Origin: Octopus vulgaris
Lineage: Eukaryota
DNA: 64,000 nucleotides
NCBI GenBank assembly: GCA_951406725.2
Contig: OX597822.1
Span: forward strand, 5,022,001 to 5,086,000
Direction: 5' to 3'
Shown here piece by piece: positions 1 to 12,612 of the stretch. The notes under the pieces are model-generated. The model saw only the letters and a program-made list of their open reading frames with translations. It was not told where the DNA came from and did not search any database. Made by a program: the position numbers and the translations under genes. The first letter of the stretch is position 1; every line of letters begins with the position of its first letter.

Positions 1-308
1 CATATGTGTGTATGTGTGTGTGTGAGTATATAAATATATATGTAATAAAAGAAGGAAAATGCACACAGTTTACATACTTTTGAAATATTTTAAAATATAT
101 TTTATAAGTGAAAGAGTATTGTGTTTGTCGACCTGTTTCATTTTTGCTAATCATGACACTGAAATTATTGTAATTTCTTATTTTCTTAAGAAGATTTTAG
201 TCCATGTTGTGTGTGGAGAAGTTAGTGAATGAATGGTTCAACAAGTAGAAAAATGTAAAGGAGGTAATTGTTCTGTATTTTTTGATGAACAAATTTTCCT
301 TATTTAAA

Positions 309-387
<79 letters not shown>

Positions 388-462
388 TGAGAAAGAGAGT
401 GGAGGGGCACTATTTAGCACCTTAGTAGAGAGTGCTCACTACTCTCTTTCTATTAATGTATA

Positions 463-811
463 TACTCTTTTACTGTTTTACTTGTTTCAGTCATTTGACT
501 GTGGCCATGCTGGAGCACCACCTTTAGTCAAGCAACTCGACCCCGGGACTTATTCTTTTGTAAGCCCAGTACTTATTCTATCGGTCTCTTTTGCCGAACC
601 GCTAAATTACGGGGACATAAACACACCAGCATCGGTTGTCAAGCAATGCTAGGGGGACAAACACACACACGCATATATATATACATATATATGATGGGCT
701 TCTTTCAGTTTCCGTCTACCAAATCCACTTACAAGGCTTTGGTCGGCCCGAGGCTATAGCAGAAGACACTTGCCCAAGGTGCCACACAGTGGGACTGAAC
801 CCGGAACCATG
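463..811 (-). mobile_element. tRNA-derived SINE family A, 5'-truncated copy
   Basis: Reverse complement matches the copies at 1510, 7416 and 15727: B-box GGGTTCAGTCCC, CORE-like CTTGGGCAAGTG, internal (TA)/(TG) tract, tail GGTGCTCCAGCATGGCCACAGTCAAATGACTGAAACAAGTAAAA. The A-box head is missing. Confidence 0.85.
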
Positions 812-1509
812 TTAAATATAGTGCATATATACTGCAAAAAACCCCCAAAAAAACAAAAAAAAAGACTAGAGCAGCATTGCAGCCTAACTCAAATAGATAT
901 TAACTTTAAACTCAATCACGATATTTAAGAAAATAACCAAGCTCAGCTAAATTATCAACTTAAAAAAAACAAAAACAGAAAAAAATCTGGCTTATTTCAT
1001 ACTACAGCTGCTAGGTAAATTCTTCCAACAGGGACAGCATTAAAATTGAATCAATATTTAAACACATGACAGCATGGTATTTTATCAAGGTTTATAAATA
1101 AATCTAACTTCACATGCTAGGGCATTTACACTGGCCAACCAGCAAGTCTCAACTCCAGTCATATATATATATAAAACTATTTATTAAATAAAAGGCATTA
1201 AATATGCCAAATTGAGAAAATATCTTGTATATATACCAAGGAAATTACTGAACAGTAAACATCAGAACACATTTAAAAATCTGCAATAAACTTGACATCA
1301 TCTTGTGTTTCTTCTATTTTGCATTAAATATTGAAGAAATAATGACATCATATGCATATACATACACACGTATTGTGTGCTTTGGTGGCATAGCTAATAC
1401 TGCAGCAAAGGGAGTAATTGCTCTTTCCAAGCACATTTTTCAAAACTGGCACCTTTGCAACGATTTTTTTTTAACTCTTCAGTTCACTTGCATGATAAAA
1501 GTTGAATCT

Positions 1510-1925
1510 CTTTCTCTTTTTCTCTTTTTACTTGTTTCAGTCATTTGACTGTGGCCATGCTGGAGCACTGCCTTTAATCGAGCAACTTGACCCCGGGACT
1601 TATTCTTTGTAAGCCCAGTACTTATTCTATCGGTCTCTTTTGCCGAACCGCTAAGTGGCGGGGACATAAACACACCAGCATCGGTTGTCAAGCAATGCTA
1701 GGGGGACAAACACAGACACACAAACATACACGCACACACATATATATATATACATATATATGACAGGCTTCTTTCAGTTTCCGTCTACCAAATCCACTCA
1801 CAAGGCTTTGGCCAGCCTGAGGGTATAGTAGAAGACACTTGCCCAAGGTGCCACGCAGTGGGACTGAACCCAGAACCATGTAGTTCGTAAGCAAGCTACT
1901 TACCACACAGACCACTCCTGCGCCT
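1510..1925 (-). mobile_element. tRNA-derived SINE family A, full length
   Basis: Minus strand starts AGGCGCAGGAGTGG, has A/B-box-like motifs and a CORE-like segment, and ends in a short AAAAGAG-type repeat tail. More than 10 related copies occur in the window. Confidence 0.9.
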
Positions 1926-3480
1926 ATCATTTTTTTTTTCCATCTTTTTTTTTTTGTTAACATGGCCTTGGAAGAGCCATCTGGAGTCATTACTTTATTT
2001 GGCCAACCTCTCATGTTTTTGAACTGTCTGCTCAATATACTGTGATGTGTTGGTGGCTGCTGACATCTAAAGAACTAAAACAAACCCCAATATCATAACT
2101 CTTGAAACTGGATGATCCTGTGGAGTTTCATCTTTTTTATGTCACACCTTTATCAGTGGTTGTAAGTTTCAAACATTATGACATTATCACTAAAACATGA
2201 AATTAATGAATGTGGATTACAACTACATATATTATAACTAATGAAGCATTTCATGTAATATAAAAGAAATGAGTTGGTATGTGCCATGGCATCTTCTTTT
2301 CTTTGCTTGCTTTGTAAATAAATTTTTTTTTTAAATATCCAGTTTTCTGAAAGTTATGAGGAAACAAAGTTGGTGGGGCACAATTGTAAAAGTATGCAAC
2401 AAAATCTTTAAATTCATACCCCAGTGACATAAGCACTTGTGTGGATACTAAATATCCACATTGAATAAAACAGAAGTAAATGAGTGTTTGTATGTGTAAT
2501 GGTACAAATGTATAAGAGCATTAGGGGGGGGGGGGCAAAAGAACAACACAAGAAGTTCACAATCAATGATGCTCCGAGAAATGAAAAAAAGAGGAAGGAA
2601 GATGAGGGCAAAATAAATAAATAAATAAACTGAACAAACTGGGTAAAACTGCTTACAGGGAGCTGGATAGCATCGTGGTCATTGACTTATATATCGGCTT
2701 TTCTTGATGTTGAGGATGCTTTATAAGGAGGGAGCAAAAGTTACACAAAAAGCTGATGAGATGAAGGATGAAACCTGCTTGACCAGTTCACCTTGGAGTG
2801 TAATTTGAAGAAGTTCTCTTTCTTTTATGAGTAGATATTAAGTAAGAGTGTCCATCATTGGTAAGCTGACAGCTGGGTCAAGCATCTTGTAAGCGTAAAC
2901 AAACGCATAACTAGAGGTGACTTGTAGATTGAACTTAACGATGGAACAAATTTATCAAACATAATTATCTGAGATGTATGGCTTTCCAATCTAAGTCATT
3001 GTTGGTTGGAAAGTAATCTATTGTATTTGTAATGAATGCTAACTCCAAGTTTAGGATTCCTGGTTGGCTTTTATCAGTACAGCTCTGTTTAACACCAATA
3101 CTAATGCCAAATTCAGGAGAACACTTTGGTTCAACTTTCAGATTTTCATGTCATTATGTGCATGTATGTGTGTGTGATAAACAGTCCACACACATTAAAA
3201 ATATGCTGTCTATTAATAATCTTTAGCTTGTTTTTACATGAAATTAAGATAGGATATTTGGGGTGTTTTTTTTTTTTTTTGTAGGTATTTACTTAATTTA
3301 GCTAAAGATAAGTTACAAAGATAGTGTAAAGTGAAATTATGTTGAGATCAAGGATTGGTACTGCATTTTATATAATTACACTGGAATAGGAAGGGAAATG
3401 ATTCGTTGTCTGAAGAAAGTAAATGATCAGCAATTCTGCAGCTACTTTAGATACTGTATGTGCATATGTGTGTTTGTGTA

Positions 3481-3513
<33 letters not shown>

Positions 3514-3707
3514 GGGGGGGGAAAGAAATATCTTCATTGTTCTGAGATAAAGAAAATTTTTTTCTAGAACTAATTTCCTTCATGCAGAAGAAATAGGCAA
3601 CAACAAATTAACTGAATTTGTTAATTATTAACATTATAATGACTGAATTTGAAACTAATTACTGGAGATTCGTCAATTCCTATTTCACATCATCATTGTA
3701 GTTTTAA

Positions 3708-3924
3708 CCCTTTAGCATTCAGATTATTCTTTCAAATGTAATATTTAATTGCACTGTTTAGAATTAATCATGCAGTGTCTCATAGCACTAAGATTTCAAT
3801 GATGTGATTGTTGATTTAAAAAAAAGACATTGTCAGGTAAGTGTGAGAGGCCAGTTCTGACTGGTTTGAACATAAAACAGGTAAAATATTTGGGCCGGAT
3901 ATGACTGGTTTAAATGCTAGAGGG
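3708..3924. mobile_element. piggyBac-type MITE
   Basis: TIRs CCCTTTAGCATT / AATGCTAGAGGG flanked on both sides by TTAA (3704-3707, 3925-3928). Related copies at about 16180-16410, 17440-17660, 35580-35790 and 50372-50585. Confidence 0.8.
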
Positions 3925-5004
3925 TTAAAGTCTGCTTTCCCATGCTTGCATGAGTCAGATGAGACTACACTAACAGAGTTTTCTATAGCTCTCTCTGATG
4001 TCCTCTCTGATGCTAACCCTCGCCTGTTTCCAATCCCTCAGTCAATTAAACAACAAAACAAACTGGATATACTTCTGCAGAGGACTGAAAAGAAATGATA
4101 TGGTAGCAGGACTCAAACTAGCGTTGCCATATTGAAAATTTCAAGCCACAACATAGCAATGGCCTGATCATGTGTGCAGCTGAGTTATTGGCCAATCAGA
4201 AGTCAGATAGCATATGAGAGATTACTTTGGAAGGCCCTAAAACATTTACAAACAAGAGCTATGAATAGATCCCTTTTTAGTGCCAAACTTCAGTGTCCTT
4301 CGTCATAGTTCAAAATACACACCCTTTCTTTCATAGTTATTATAACAACTACCTTCTTAAACTAATATGCAATTTGTAGTGACAGACATGAAGCGGCATA
4401 TGTATATATGTATATGTATTCCTTGTGTTTAATCCAGCCCCAAAGATCAGTTTTGATATCCAGTTACTTTGCATGTTGCATTTCATTTGTTTTTTTACTC
4501 AACATGGATATTCAGTAGTTCGTGAATAACTTCATATGACTGGTGCAGTGTTAATAAATTATGTTTAAATGTTTGTTTGGTATTGTTAAATCATTGCACA
4601 AAGCTTCCGCAAATTAACCAGCAACCATCACAACACCAACAACACATCTCAGCAGCATTGGTGTGAACCAAGCAGCAACAAGTGTTTACAATCAGTAAGC
4701 ACCCATGTCAAGATATCTCAAGAAACCTGGACATGCTTTCACAGTAAACAGCAACCAAACAACACTGTGCTTAAGAATGGTGTAGCTATCGTTTCTGCCT
4801 GCACACATGTGCAGAGAATGAATAAGAACTCACTCTTTCTCTCTTACTTGCACATACTATGGTGAACTGGTCAAAGAAGTTTCATCTGTCATATCATTGG
4901 TTAGATACAGAATCCTGCAAAGCATCCTGGTGCCAAAAGAATTGAGGTGGCACCTAAGGGCCCTGGGCATTGACCAAGTCTCACAATTATAGAGCTAGAC
5001 ATTT

Positions 5005-5440
5005 TGTAGTGGTGTTATAAAATGTTAAAGAACTGTTATGGTATAATGCAATGCTATAAAGGTGCTATATAATATTATAACACTGCTAATTAATGCTACA
5101 ATACTGCTGATGTTATAGAGGTATGATATGATGTTACAGATGAGTTATGTGATGTTGTAGAGTTGCAGTTTAATGGTATAGTGGCATTATATGATGCAAG
5201 CAGTGTTATATGAGGTTACAGAGGTGTTATATGATGTTATAGAGGCATTATATAATGCTATAAAAGTGTTATATGATACTACAGAAATGTTCCATGATGT
5301 TGTAGTGGTATAACATAATGATATAGAGCTGCTATATGATGTTATAGAGGTGTTCTATGATATTATATAAGTGTTATATGATGATAAGGCAGTATTATAT
5401 GACAGTATTGAAGAATTACATAATATTACAGTGGTATTTT
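5005..5440. repeat. Degenerate 21-bp minisatellite (consensus near GAGGTGTTATATGATGTTATA)
   Basis: Units in register at 5221, 5242, 5263, 5284, 5305, 5326 and 5347, with more decayed units on either side. Confidence 0.75.
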
Positions 5441-6679
5441 GATGTCTACGTGCTTCTATGTGGTTGGGCATCTAATTGTAGGAGCTATGTTGTTAAGAAA
5501 TGCAGTTGCAGGAACTATGCAGTTGATAGTGTATCAATGCAAGATAACTTTAGTAACCATTTTCTACCAAATTAACCACTTAACTACATTGACCTTTGAG
5601 AGCTTAAACTGTGAATAAAAATAGAAGTTAATTTCAAATCTCTGTAATTGTGAATATCAGGAGTAGGATATCAGCTTAATAATCCCCTGAATTGGCCTTC
5701 TTACAATATTAAAGCCATATATAAATACAGATAACAGCCATGCAACATACTGCAGAATGAAATAAAAGACACATAACATATATACAACATACAATAGAAT
5801 ATTCACATAAACGCAACATTTAAATACCACACAGACACAATAGCTACATAATATAGATAAATACAACACAAAGCAGCCATGGACACAAAATACAGATACA
5901 TAAAGATAGAGATATAAACTTAAATATAGATGGGTAGTGAATGAAGATAAATAGAGGCCAAGGAGCGTCAAGGATAAAAGTGAAACCACTAGAGGAGATA
6001 AAACAGTGGAATGGATGAATAGGAATCAGGAGAGTAAGGAGAGACAGTAGGAAGGAGAGACAGTAGGAAGGAGAGAAAGCTTGAGAGGGAAAGAGTGAAT
6101 GGGAAATAAATGGAGAAAAGAGTGACACAGAAGAAATATATTAAGTTGGTATATGAGGAGATAACCTGTGTGTGTGTGAGAGGGTAGGGAGATGGAGAGA
6201 GAGGGAGAGAGGGGGAGGAGGAAGGGGAGAAAGGGCTGAGAGAGGGAGAGAGAGGAAGGGGAGAAAGGGCTGAGAGAGGGAGAGAGAGGAAGAGAGTGAT
6301 TGGAAAGTATAGAAGAAAAAGTATGCAGAGATTAAGAGGTAATGAAATGAAGTGGTATAAATGTCTTTATGTAATGTATGTATATATGAGCATGTATACA
6401 CATAAGAAAGAACGTATATATACACGTGCACACACACACACACACACACACACATAAACATATGAAGGAATATATATAAACACATACATCAATATCACTA
6501 ATTCATATCCATTTTTCTTCCCTGCTGGTACAGATTAGAAGAGTTGCCACAGTCAGAGTTAGTTACCATCTAAAGTAACTGTCCTCCTTGAAAGATTAGG
6601 GACCAGCTCCCCTTTGTAGATGCTTTGCTGGCATGTTTCACAACAGGATGCCGTTACTATCACATGTGTGTCTCTGCAC

Positions 6680-6884
6680 ACACACACACAAACACACCCA
6701 CATATATATATACATATATACGACAGGCTTCTTTCAGTTTCCGTCTACCAAATCCACTCACAAGGCATTGGTTGGCCCGGGGCTATAGCAGAAGACACTT
6801 GCCCAAGATGCCACGCAGTGGGACTGAACCCGCAACCATGTGGTTGGTTAGCAAGCTATTTACCACACAGCCACTCCTGCGCCT
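6680..6884 (-). mobile_element. SINE family A, 5' half
   Basis: Head AGGCGCAGGAGTGGCTGTGTGG through GGAAACTGAAAGAAG, then runs into a (TA)/(TG) tract. Confidence 0.85.
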
Positions 6885-6947
6885 GTGAACAGGCATGCAA
6901 ACACCCCCCCACAAATATTCAGATACTCAAACACACACAAACAAACT

Positions 6948-7300
6948 AAAAGACAATCTGAAGTGATGCAACATTCCCTTTTTTTGTTCTTGGGAAAACA
7001 AAGCATCAGAATGCTTCTCCTCAGTTCCAACATTTGAGCAAAGTTGACTCCAGTATTCGGATCAATTATGTGCAACTATGGAGGCACTCTGGCAAAATGC
7101 TGCTCCTCTAAATAGAAACTTTACCTGTCGTTGTAGTTTTGTAGCATGAAGCAAAGCAGGCCTTGCCAGCCACTCAACAAAGCACAGTAAATGATCCACA
7201 GACACTCAACCAAACTGAATCTTCAACTTGTTTTATTTGCCAAAAGGTTGGTAAGGCATCAGCAAGCTGCAAAATACACATTTGTGTCCATAGAACATGA
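6948..7300 (+). pseudogene. Old RTE/BovB-like LINE 3' remnant
   Basis: Broken translation KDNLK*CNIP ... LWRH ... TCFICQKVGKASASCKIHICVHRT*, resembling the C-terminus and terminal zinc finger of RTE/BovB ORFs. Confidence 0.4.
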
Positions 7301-7415
7301 TTACCACTTTATTTTATTGAACCCTCATTTCTTGTTCACTACAAGAGAACCCATCATCACATACATACTTATATACAGACACATACATAAATATAAATAT
7401 ATTATATTTATAAAT

Positions 7416-7814
7416 AGGCGCAGGAGTGGCTGTGTGGTAAGTAGCTTGCTAACCAACCACATGGATCCGGGTTCAGTCCCACTGCGTGGCATCTTGGGCA
7501 AGTGTCTTCTGCTATCTGCTATAGCCCCGGGCTGACCAATGCCTTGTGAGTGGATTTGGTAGACGGAAACTGAAAGAGGGGACTACAACTTTTTAATGCC
7601 CTACCACAGAACATCAGGGATCTGCAAGATGTAGAGAAGGAAGTTTTTATCTGCAATTCTAGATGAACCCACATGGCGACAGGAGGCACAAAGAAGAACA
7701 GCAACATCCAACTTGCTACTTTGCCAAAAGAAATACTGGAAAAATCCCTGGATGCAGTAAAGGTGGTGCACCAGCATGGCCTTAGCCTCTGGCTGAAAGC
7801 CATAATGAAAAAGA
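7416..7814 (+). mobile_element. SINE A 5' half (7416-7577) fused to a CR1-group LINE 3' end (7578-7814)
   Basis: SINE similarity stops at ...GGAAACTGAAAGA. What follows translates GLQLFNALPQNIRDLQDVEKEVF / DEPTWRQEAQRRTATSNLL and ends AAAGGTGGTGCACCAGCATGGCC...GGCTGAAA. Confidence 0.7.
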
Positions 7815-7904
7815 TTTACATACATATATATATATTTATACATACATACACATATAAATACACATAAATATACATATACATATATACACAAACACACATA
7901 TATA

Positions 7905-9129
7905 CAGGAATCAGACAAAACACTGGAAACACCTAGCATCATAATTTTGAAATATCTATAAAACCATCAAAAGCTTGTTTATTTTTATGTTTTTTGATTA
8001 ATTATTAGTGTCGTTGCTTAATTGCTTTTTCTTTTCAGATATCACCAGAAAAAGGTAACTAAAATTCATTAAAATGACAGATCTATCGGACTTTCAAAGA
8101 GGTCAAATTGTTGGTGTTTGTATGGCAGGTGTTAGCGTAATGAAAACAGCCAAAATGTTTGGTGTATCCAGAAGTACTGTCTCGAAAGAAATGACAGACT
8201 TTGAGAAAGAGGGAAAAACCACCTCGTCCAAACAAAACTCTGGAAGAAAACCAAAACTTTCAGATAGAGACCATCGGACTCTAATGAGTATTATTAGAAA
8301 GGATCATAAAAGTACAGCTCCAAAAATTACTGCAGAGATTAATGACCACATTGAGAACTCAGTTTCTGCAAAAACTGTTTGGTCATGAAAGCTGGATTTC
8401 ATGGGAGGGCTGCAATGAGAAAACCACTACTTTCAAAAACAAATGTTGCAAAGCGTTTAGAGCGGAGTAAAAACCTACAGAATTGGTCCCTAGAGCAGTG
8501 GAAGAATGTTATTTTCTTGGACTAGTCATCCTTTACCTTATTTCCAACCACCAACCGAGTATATGTGTGGAAACAGCCAAAAGAAACATTTGACCCAGAC
8601 TGCCTTTTTCCAACTGTTAAACATGGAGGAGGATCTATGATGAACTGGGGAGCTATATCTTGGATATCTGCTAGCCCAATGGTTTCCCTTCATAGCAGAA
8701 TTAATAGTCAAGACTAAGCATTTTATCTTATCAAATTCATCCTATGGAAGGAAACGCAATCTTTCAGGATGATAATGCACCAATTCACACAGCTAAAGTT
8801 GTTAATGAATGGCACGAGGAACATTCTAGTGAAGTTGAACAACTTATCTGACCACCACAGTCCCCAATATCTAAATATAATTGAACATTTATGGTGCATT
8901 TTAGAAAAACAAGTAAGGAGTCGATATCCTCCACCATCATCACTACAAGAACTGGATATTGTTTTAGCTGAAGGATGGACAAAAATTCCTTTGGAAACAG
9001 TTCAAACTTTGTATGAGTCCATACCTCATAGAATTCAAAGTGTAATTACTGCCAAAGGCAGTGCTACCCCACATTAAAATAAATTTGTTTAAAATTTTAT
9101 GGAGTTTCCATTATTTTGTCCAACCCCTA
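7905..9129 (+). mobile_element. Tc1-family DNA transposon, full length but inactivated
   Basis: About 29-bp degenerate TIRs (CAGGAATCAGACAAAACACTGGAAACACC vs reverse complement TAGGGGTTGGACAAAATAATGGAAACTCC, 21/29 identical), with TA on both flanks. Confidence 0.9.
8074..9077 (+). pseudogene. Tc1 DDE transposase pseudogene
   Basis: HTH region MTDLSDFQRGQIVG...GVSRSTVS...SGRKPKLSDRD. Catalytic motifs VIFLD*SSF, VKHGGGS, FQDDNAPIH and LNIIEHLW. Several stops and frameshifts. Confidence 0.9.
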
Positions 9130-9339
9130 TATATATATATATATATATAATTATACACATATATGTATATGAACATATCTATATATCTGTGGATGACACC
9201 AATTAGTCCAAACTGTGAATGTGTTTCACCCAACACTGACATATACTCATTGTTCCGAAAATTACATATATGAATAAATTTATGCATACACACACACAGA
9301 CACACACACACACATGAATGAATATACACACACACTGGC

Positions 9340-9655
9340 ACTCAATCAGTTATGACTGAGTATTCTAGATGACCCAATCAAGAGAACAGCCTGTTAGTAA
9401 TATTAACAAGCAAATGACTGAGCATTCCCCAGACATGCGTACCCTTAACATAATCCTCAAAGAGATTTAGTGTGACACAGAATGCGACAAAGATGGCCCT
9501 TTGAGATACACGTACGACTAATTCTTGCCAGCTGAGTGGACTGGAGCAGCACGAAATAAAGTCTCACTGAAGGATACAATGAGCCACTAAGAATCAAACT
9601 CATGACCATTTGTGATCATGAGCTGAATACGCTAACCACTAAGCCACATACCTTT
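9340..9655 (-). mobile_element. tRNA-derived SINE, family-C-like head with a different 3' body
   Basis: Minus-strand head TGGCTTAGTGGTTAGCG (A-box-like) and the TGCTCCAGTCCACTCAGCTG segment shared with the 25021 element; the 3' part differs. Confidence 0.6.
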
Positions 9656-9658
9656 ATA

Positions 9659-9700
<42 letters not shown>

Positions 9701-9878
9701 GGAGTAAACACATAAATGTGAAACAAGGTGTACTCAAATACCAGTAACAGGTTTTGTTGAATTTTCTGCTGCTTTAAATAAAGTATATATATATATATAT
9801 ACATACGTACATACATATACACATACATATATGGATATATACATACCACATATATTTATATATCCATACATATATACA

Positions 9879-9911
<33 letters not shown>

Positions 9912-9954
9912 CCCTCTCTCTATGTTTATTTATTCATATATGTATGTACATATA

Positions 9955-11745
9955 TTGCTCGTCTGCATCACCGATTTCAGGAAAACAGTCAGCCAGCCAT
10001 CTAATCACTTATCAGTCTGGTAGGCACTTGAGCAAGATTGACTACATTCTCACTAGAAACAGAGACAGTCAAATGCTTATAAATGCTAAGTCCTTTCCCA
10101 GGAGGAATGTACTACTCAACATAAGTTGGTGGTTAATATTTTCAGATTTACAGCTAGATGGATACAGAGATGCAAACCAGTTCGAGAAAGTAAGTCATAG
10201 AAATTCAAATATCCATCAAACAGTCAGAGATTTAGAGACATTCTTATTACAAAGAGGTGGAGCTTGTGACGTATAATGGAGAGGACAACAAGAAGCTCGT
10301 ATGGGACGGTCTTTTGAAAGCTGCAAACCAATCTGTGGTTAGGGTAAAGTCTCTGCCAGATGGAGAGTGACTTTGTGATGGAACAGTGAGGTAGATAGGG
10401 CCATAAAAGTTAAGAAACAAGCTTGAAAAAATTGGAGAAAATGAGGCAGAGAAGAACTGTATCAGGTAGGCTAAAGGAAAGCTAAGTGACAGGTTTATCT
10501 AGCAAAGGGTAGAAGCAAAAAAGAAGAGGTTTGTCAATGTCTAACAACATGAAGATCAGAGACTTAAGGTGTTCTGGATTGTTAGCAAATGTGTCAAAGA
10601 GAATCAAGAAGTTGTGGGGAAGAAGTGTGTATGGATGGATAATGGTATACTTGCTCTCAGTGACTCAAAAGACGGAAAAAAATAAAGAAGCATGGAAGTG
10701 GTATGAAAGGCTATACGGAGAAAGAATGAGAGAAAGGGAATCTTCCCTATGTGAACCCAACAGAGGGACTGGCTAATTGTGTGGACTGCAGTATGATTAA
10801 GGCAATTAAGGATATGAAGAGAGGGAAAGCCCTTAGTCCATTGGGAGTTACTGCTGAGATGCTTGAAATATCTGGCAGAGTAGTATCCAGTCACTCATAC
10901 AGTTAATCAGGTTATTCAGGAAGGTGTCATCCCTAATGACTGGTGCAGCAGCATTATAGCCTGCTGTGACAAGGGTAAATGAGACACCTTAGATAAAAGT
11001 AATTACAGAGGCATCAAATTGCTGGACCAGGTCATGAAAATTATGGAAAGAGATATTACCCAATTAATTAGGAACAGAATCAGATTAGATGAAATGTAGT
11101 TTGGTTTTGTGCTGGGGAGAAGCACAACGGATGGTATCTTCATTGTCAGACAACTGCAGGTGAAGTATCTGGCTGAGAATAAACCATTATACTTGGCATT
11201 TGTTAACTTGGAGAAAGCCTTTGACAGAGTACTCTGCTGTGTAATATGGTGGGCCCTCAAGAAGCTAGGGATAGATGAGTGGCTTGTGAAAGTCTGTGAG
11301 GTGCTGTCAGTTAGGTGAGAGTTAACCATGAGTACAGTGATGAATTTAATGTACAAGTCGATGTTCATCAGGGTTTGGTTTTCAGTTCCCTCCTATTCAT
11401 CATTATCCTCCAGGCAATAACAGAGGAATTCAAGATGGATTGCCTTTGGGAACTGCTATAATCTTGCTCCTATAGCAGATTCTATAACAGAACTGGGAAA
11501 GAAATTCCAGCTGTGGAAGCAAAACCTGGAATCAAAAGGTCTTAAGGTTAATTTAACAAAGACTAATGTTTTAGTAAGCAAGAAAACTAATAGGAATCTA
11601 CCCCCATCAGGTAAATGGCTCTGCTTGATATGTAGGAAAGGTATAGACAGGAATTGCATACAGTGTACCCATTGTAAGCTATGGACATACAAGTGGTGCA
11701 GTGGAATATTAGGAAGGTTATCAGAGAAAATAGTGTTTGTACGTG
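9955..11745 (+). pseudogene. RTE-clade LINE ORF fragment (APE C-terminus, RT, PHD-like finger)
   Basis: [75 protein letters not shown]. The YADD codons are deleted at about 11460, and there are many stops. Confidence 0.9.
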
Positions 11746-11905
11746 ATTTGCCTAATAATGGTTTTATCTCTAATTTAATATAATATATATATATATGTAT
11801 ATATATAATTAATAATATCAGGGTAATAAATATTTTAGAAATTTTTACTACCTGTAGCCTAGCGTATAGAAAAATTAGTCAATAGACTATATATTATTCA
11901 TATAA

Positions 11906-12144
11906 ATAAATACAGTGTACATTTAAACACATAAGAGGTATCCTTCATAGGATTCCTTTCATGCTAGAAGGAACAGCTAAAGTCCAAACCACTATTAGGG
12001 ATAAAAAACTTGGAGGCAAATGTCTTTATTTTTCATTCCCTTTGAGTTTTTTTATCCCTAAGAGTGGTTTCGACTTTAGCTGTTCCTTCTAGCATGAAAG
12101 GAATCCTATGAAGGATACCTCTTATGTCTTTAAATGTACACTGC

Positions 12145-12150
<6 letters not shown>
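11906..12150. repeat. Long inverted repeat (about 105-bp arms, 34-bp spacer), probably Penelope-like element derived
   Basis: Arms 11906-12010 and 12045-12150 differ by 4 substitutions and 1 indel. The unit is flanked by (TA)n. Confidence 0.85.
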
Positions 12151-12179
<29 letters not shown>

Positions 12180-12404
12180 TACATAATCACATCAGCACAT
12201 CATCTTGATGGTAGTACATTTAGCATTGGTATAGAGTTTTGTCTATAGTGATATGTTAACATACTGGTTATATGTATGAAATTTGTAAAATTAGTACCTG
12301 TATTATGTGCAATATTAAGATGTAAATATCTATACATCACATTCATTCAGTTAGAGAAGGTCTGGTCAATCATGTAGGCAATATATTGAATGCTACTGAC
12401 AGTT

Positions 12405-12612
12405 GCAAGCTGGCAGAATTGTTAGCACGCCAGGCAAAATACATAGCAGCATTTTGTCTAACTTGATATTCTGAGTTCAAATGGTGCAAGGGTCCGATTT
12501 GGCCTTCATCATCTCGGGGTTGATAAAATAAATACCAGTTGAGCACTGGGGTGGATGTAAGTGAGTTAGCTCCTTCCCCACACTGTTGGCCTTTTATCAA
12601 AATTTGAAACCA
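12405..12612 (+). mobile_element. SINE family B, diverged copy
   Basis: AGCTGGCAGAATTGTTAGCAC head, B-box GAGTTCAAAT, central GCCTTCATC..GGGGTTGATAAAATAAATACCAG. Confidence 0.7.

Noticed and set aside
1479-2035. Recurrent ORFs such as MTTDAGVF... and ...HSQGIG.PGAIAEDTCPR (also at 6620 and 15668-16282)
   Set aside because: They recur because they are read through SINE A copies, not because they form a gene family.
7125-7266. Possible minus-strand exon (TATTTTGCAG ... CAG|GTAAAG)
   Set aside because: Stops in all three frames, and the plus strand is better explained as an RTE/BovB remnant.
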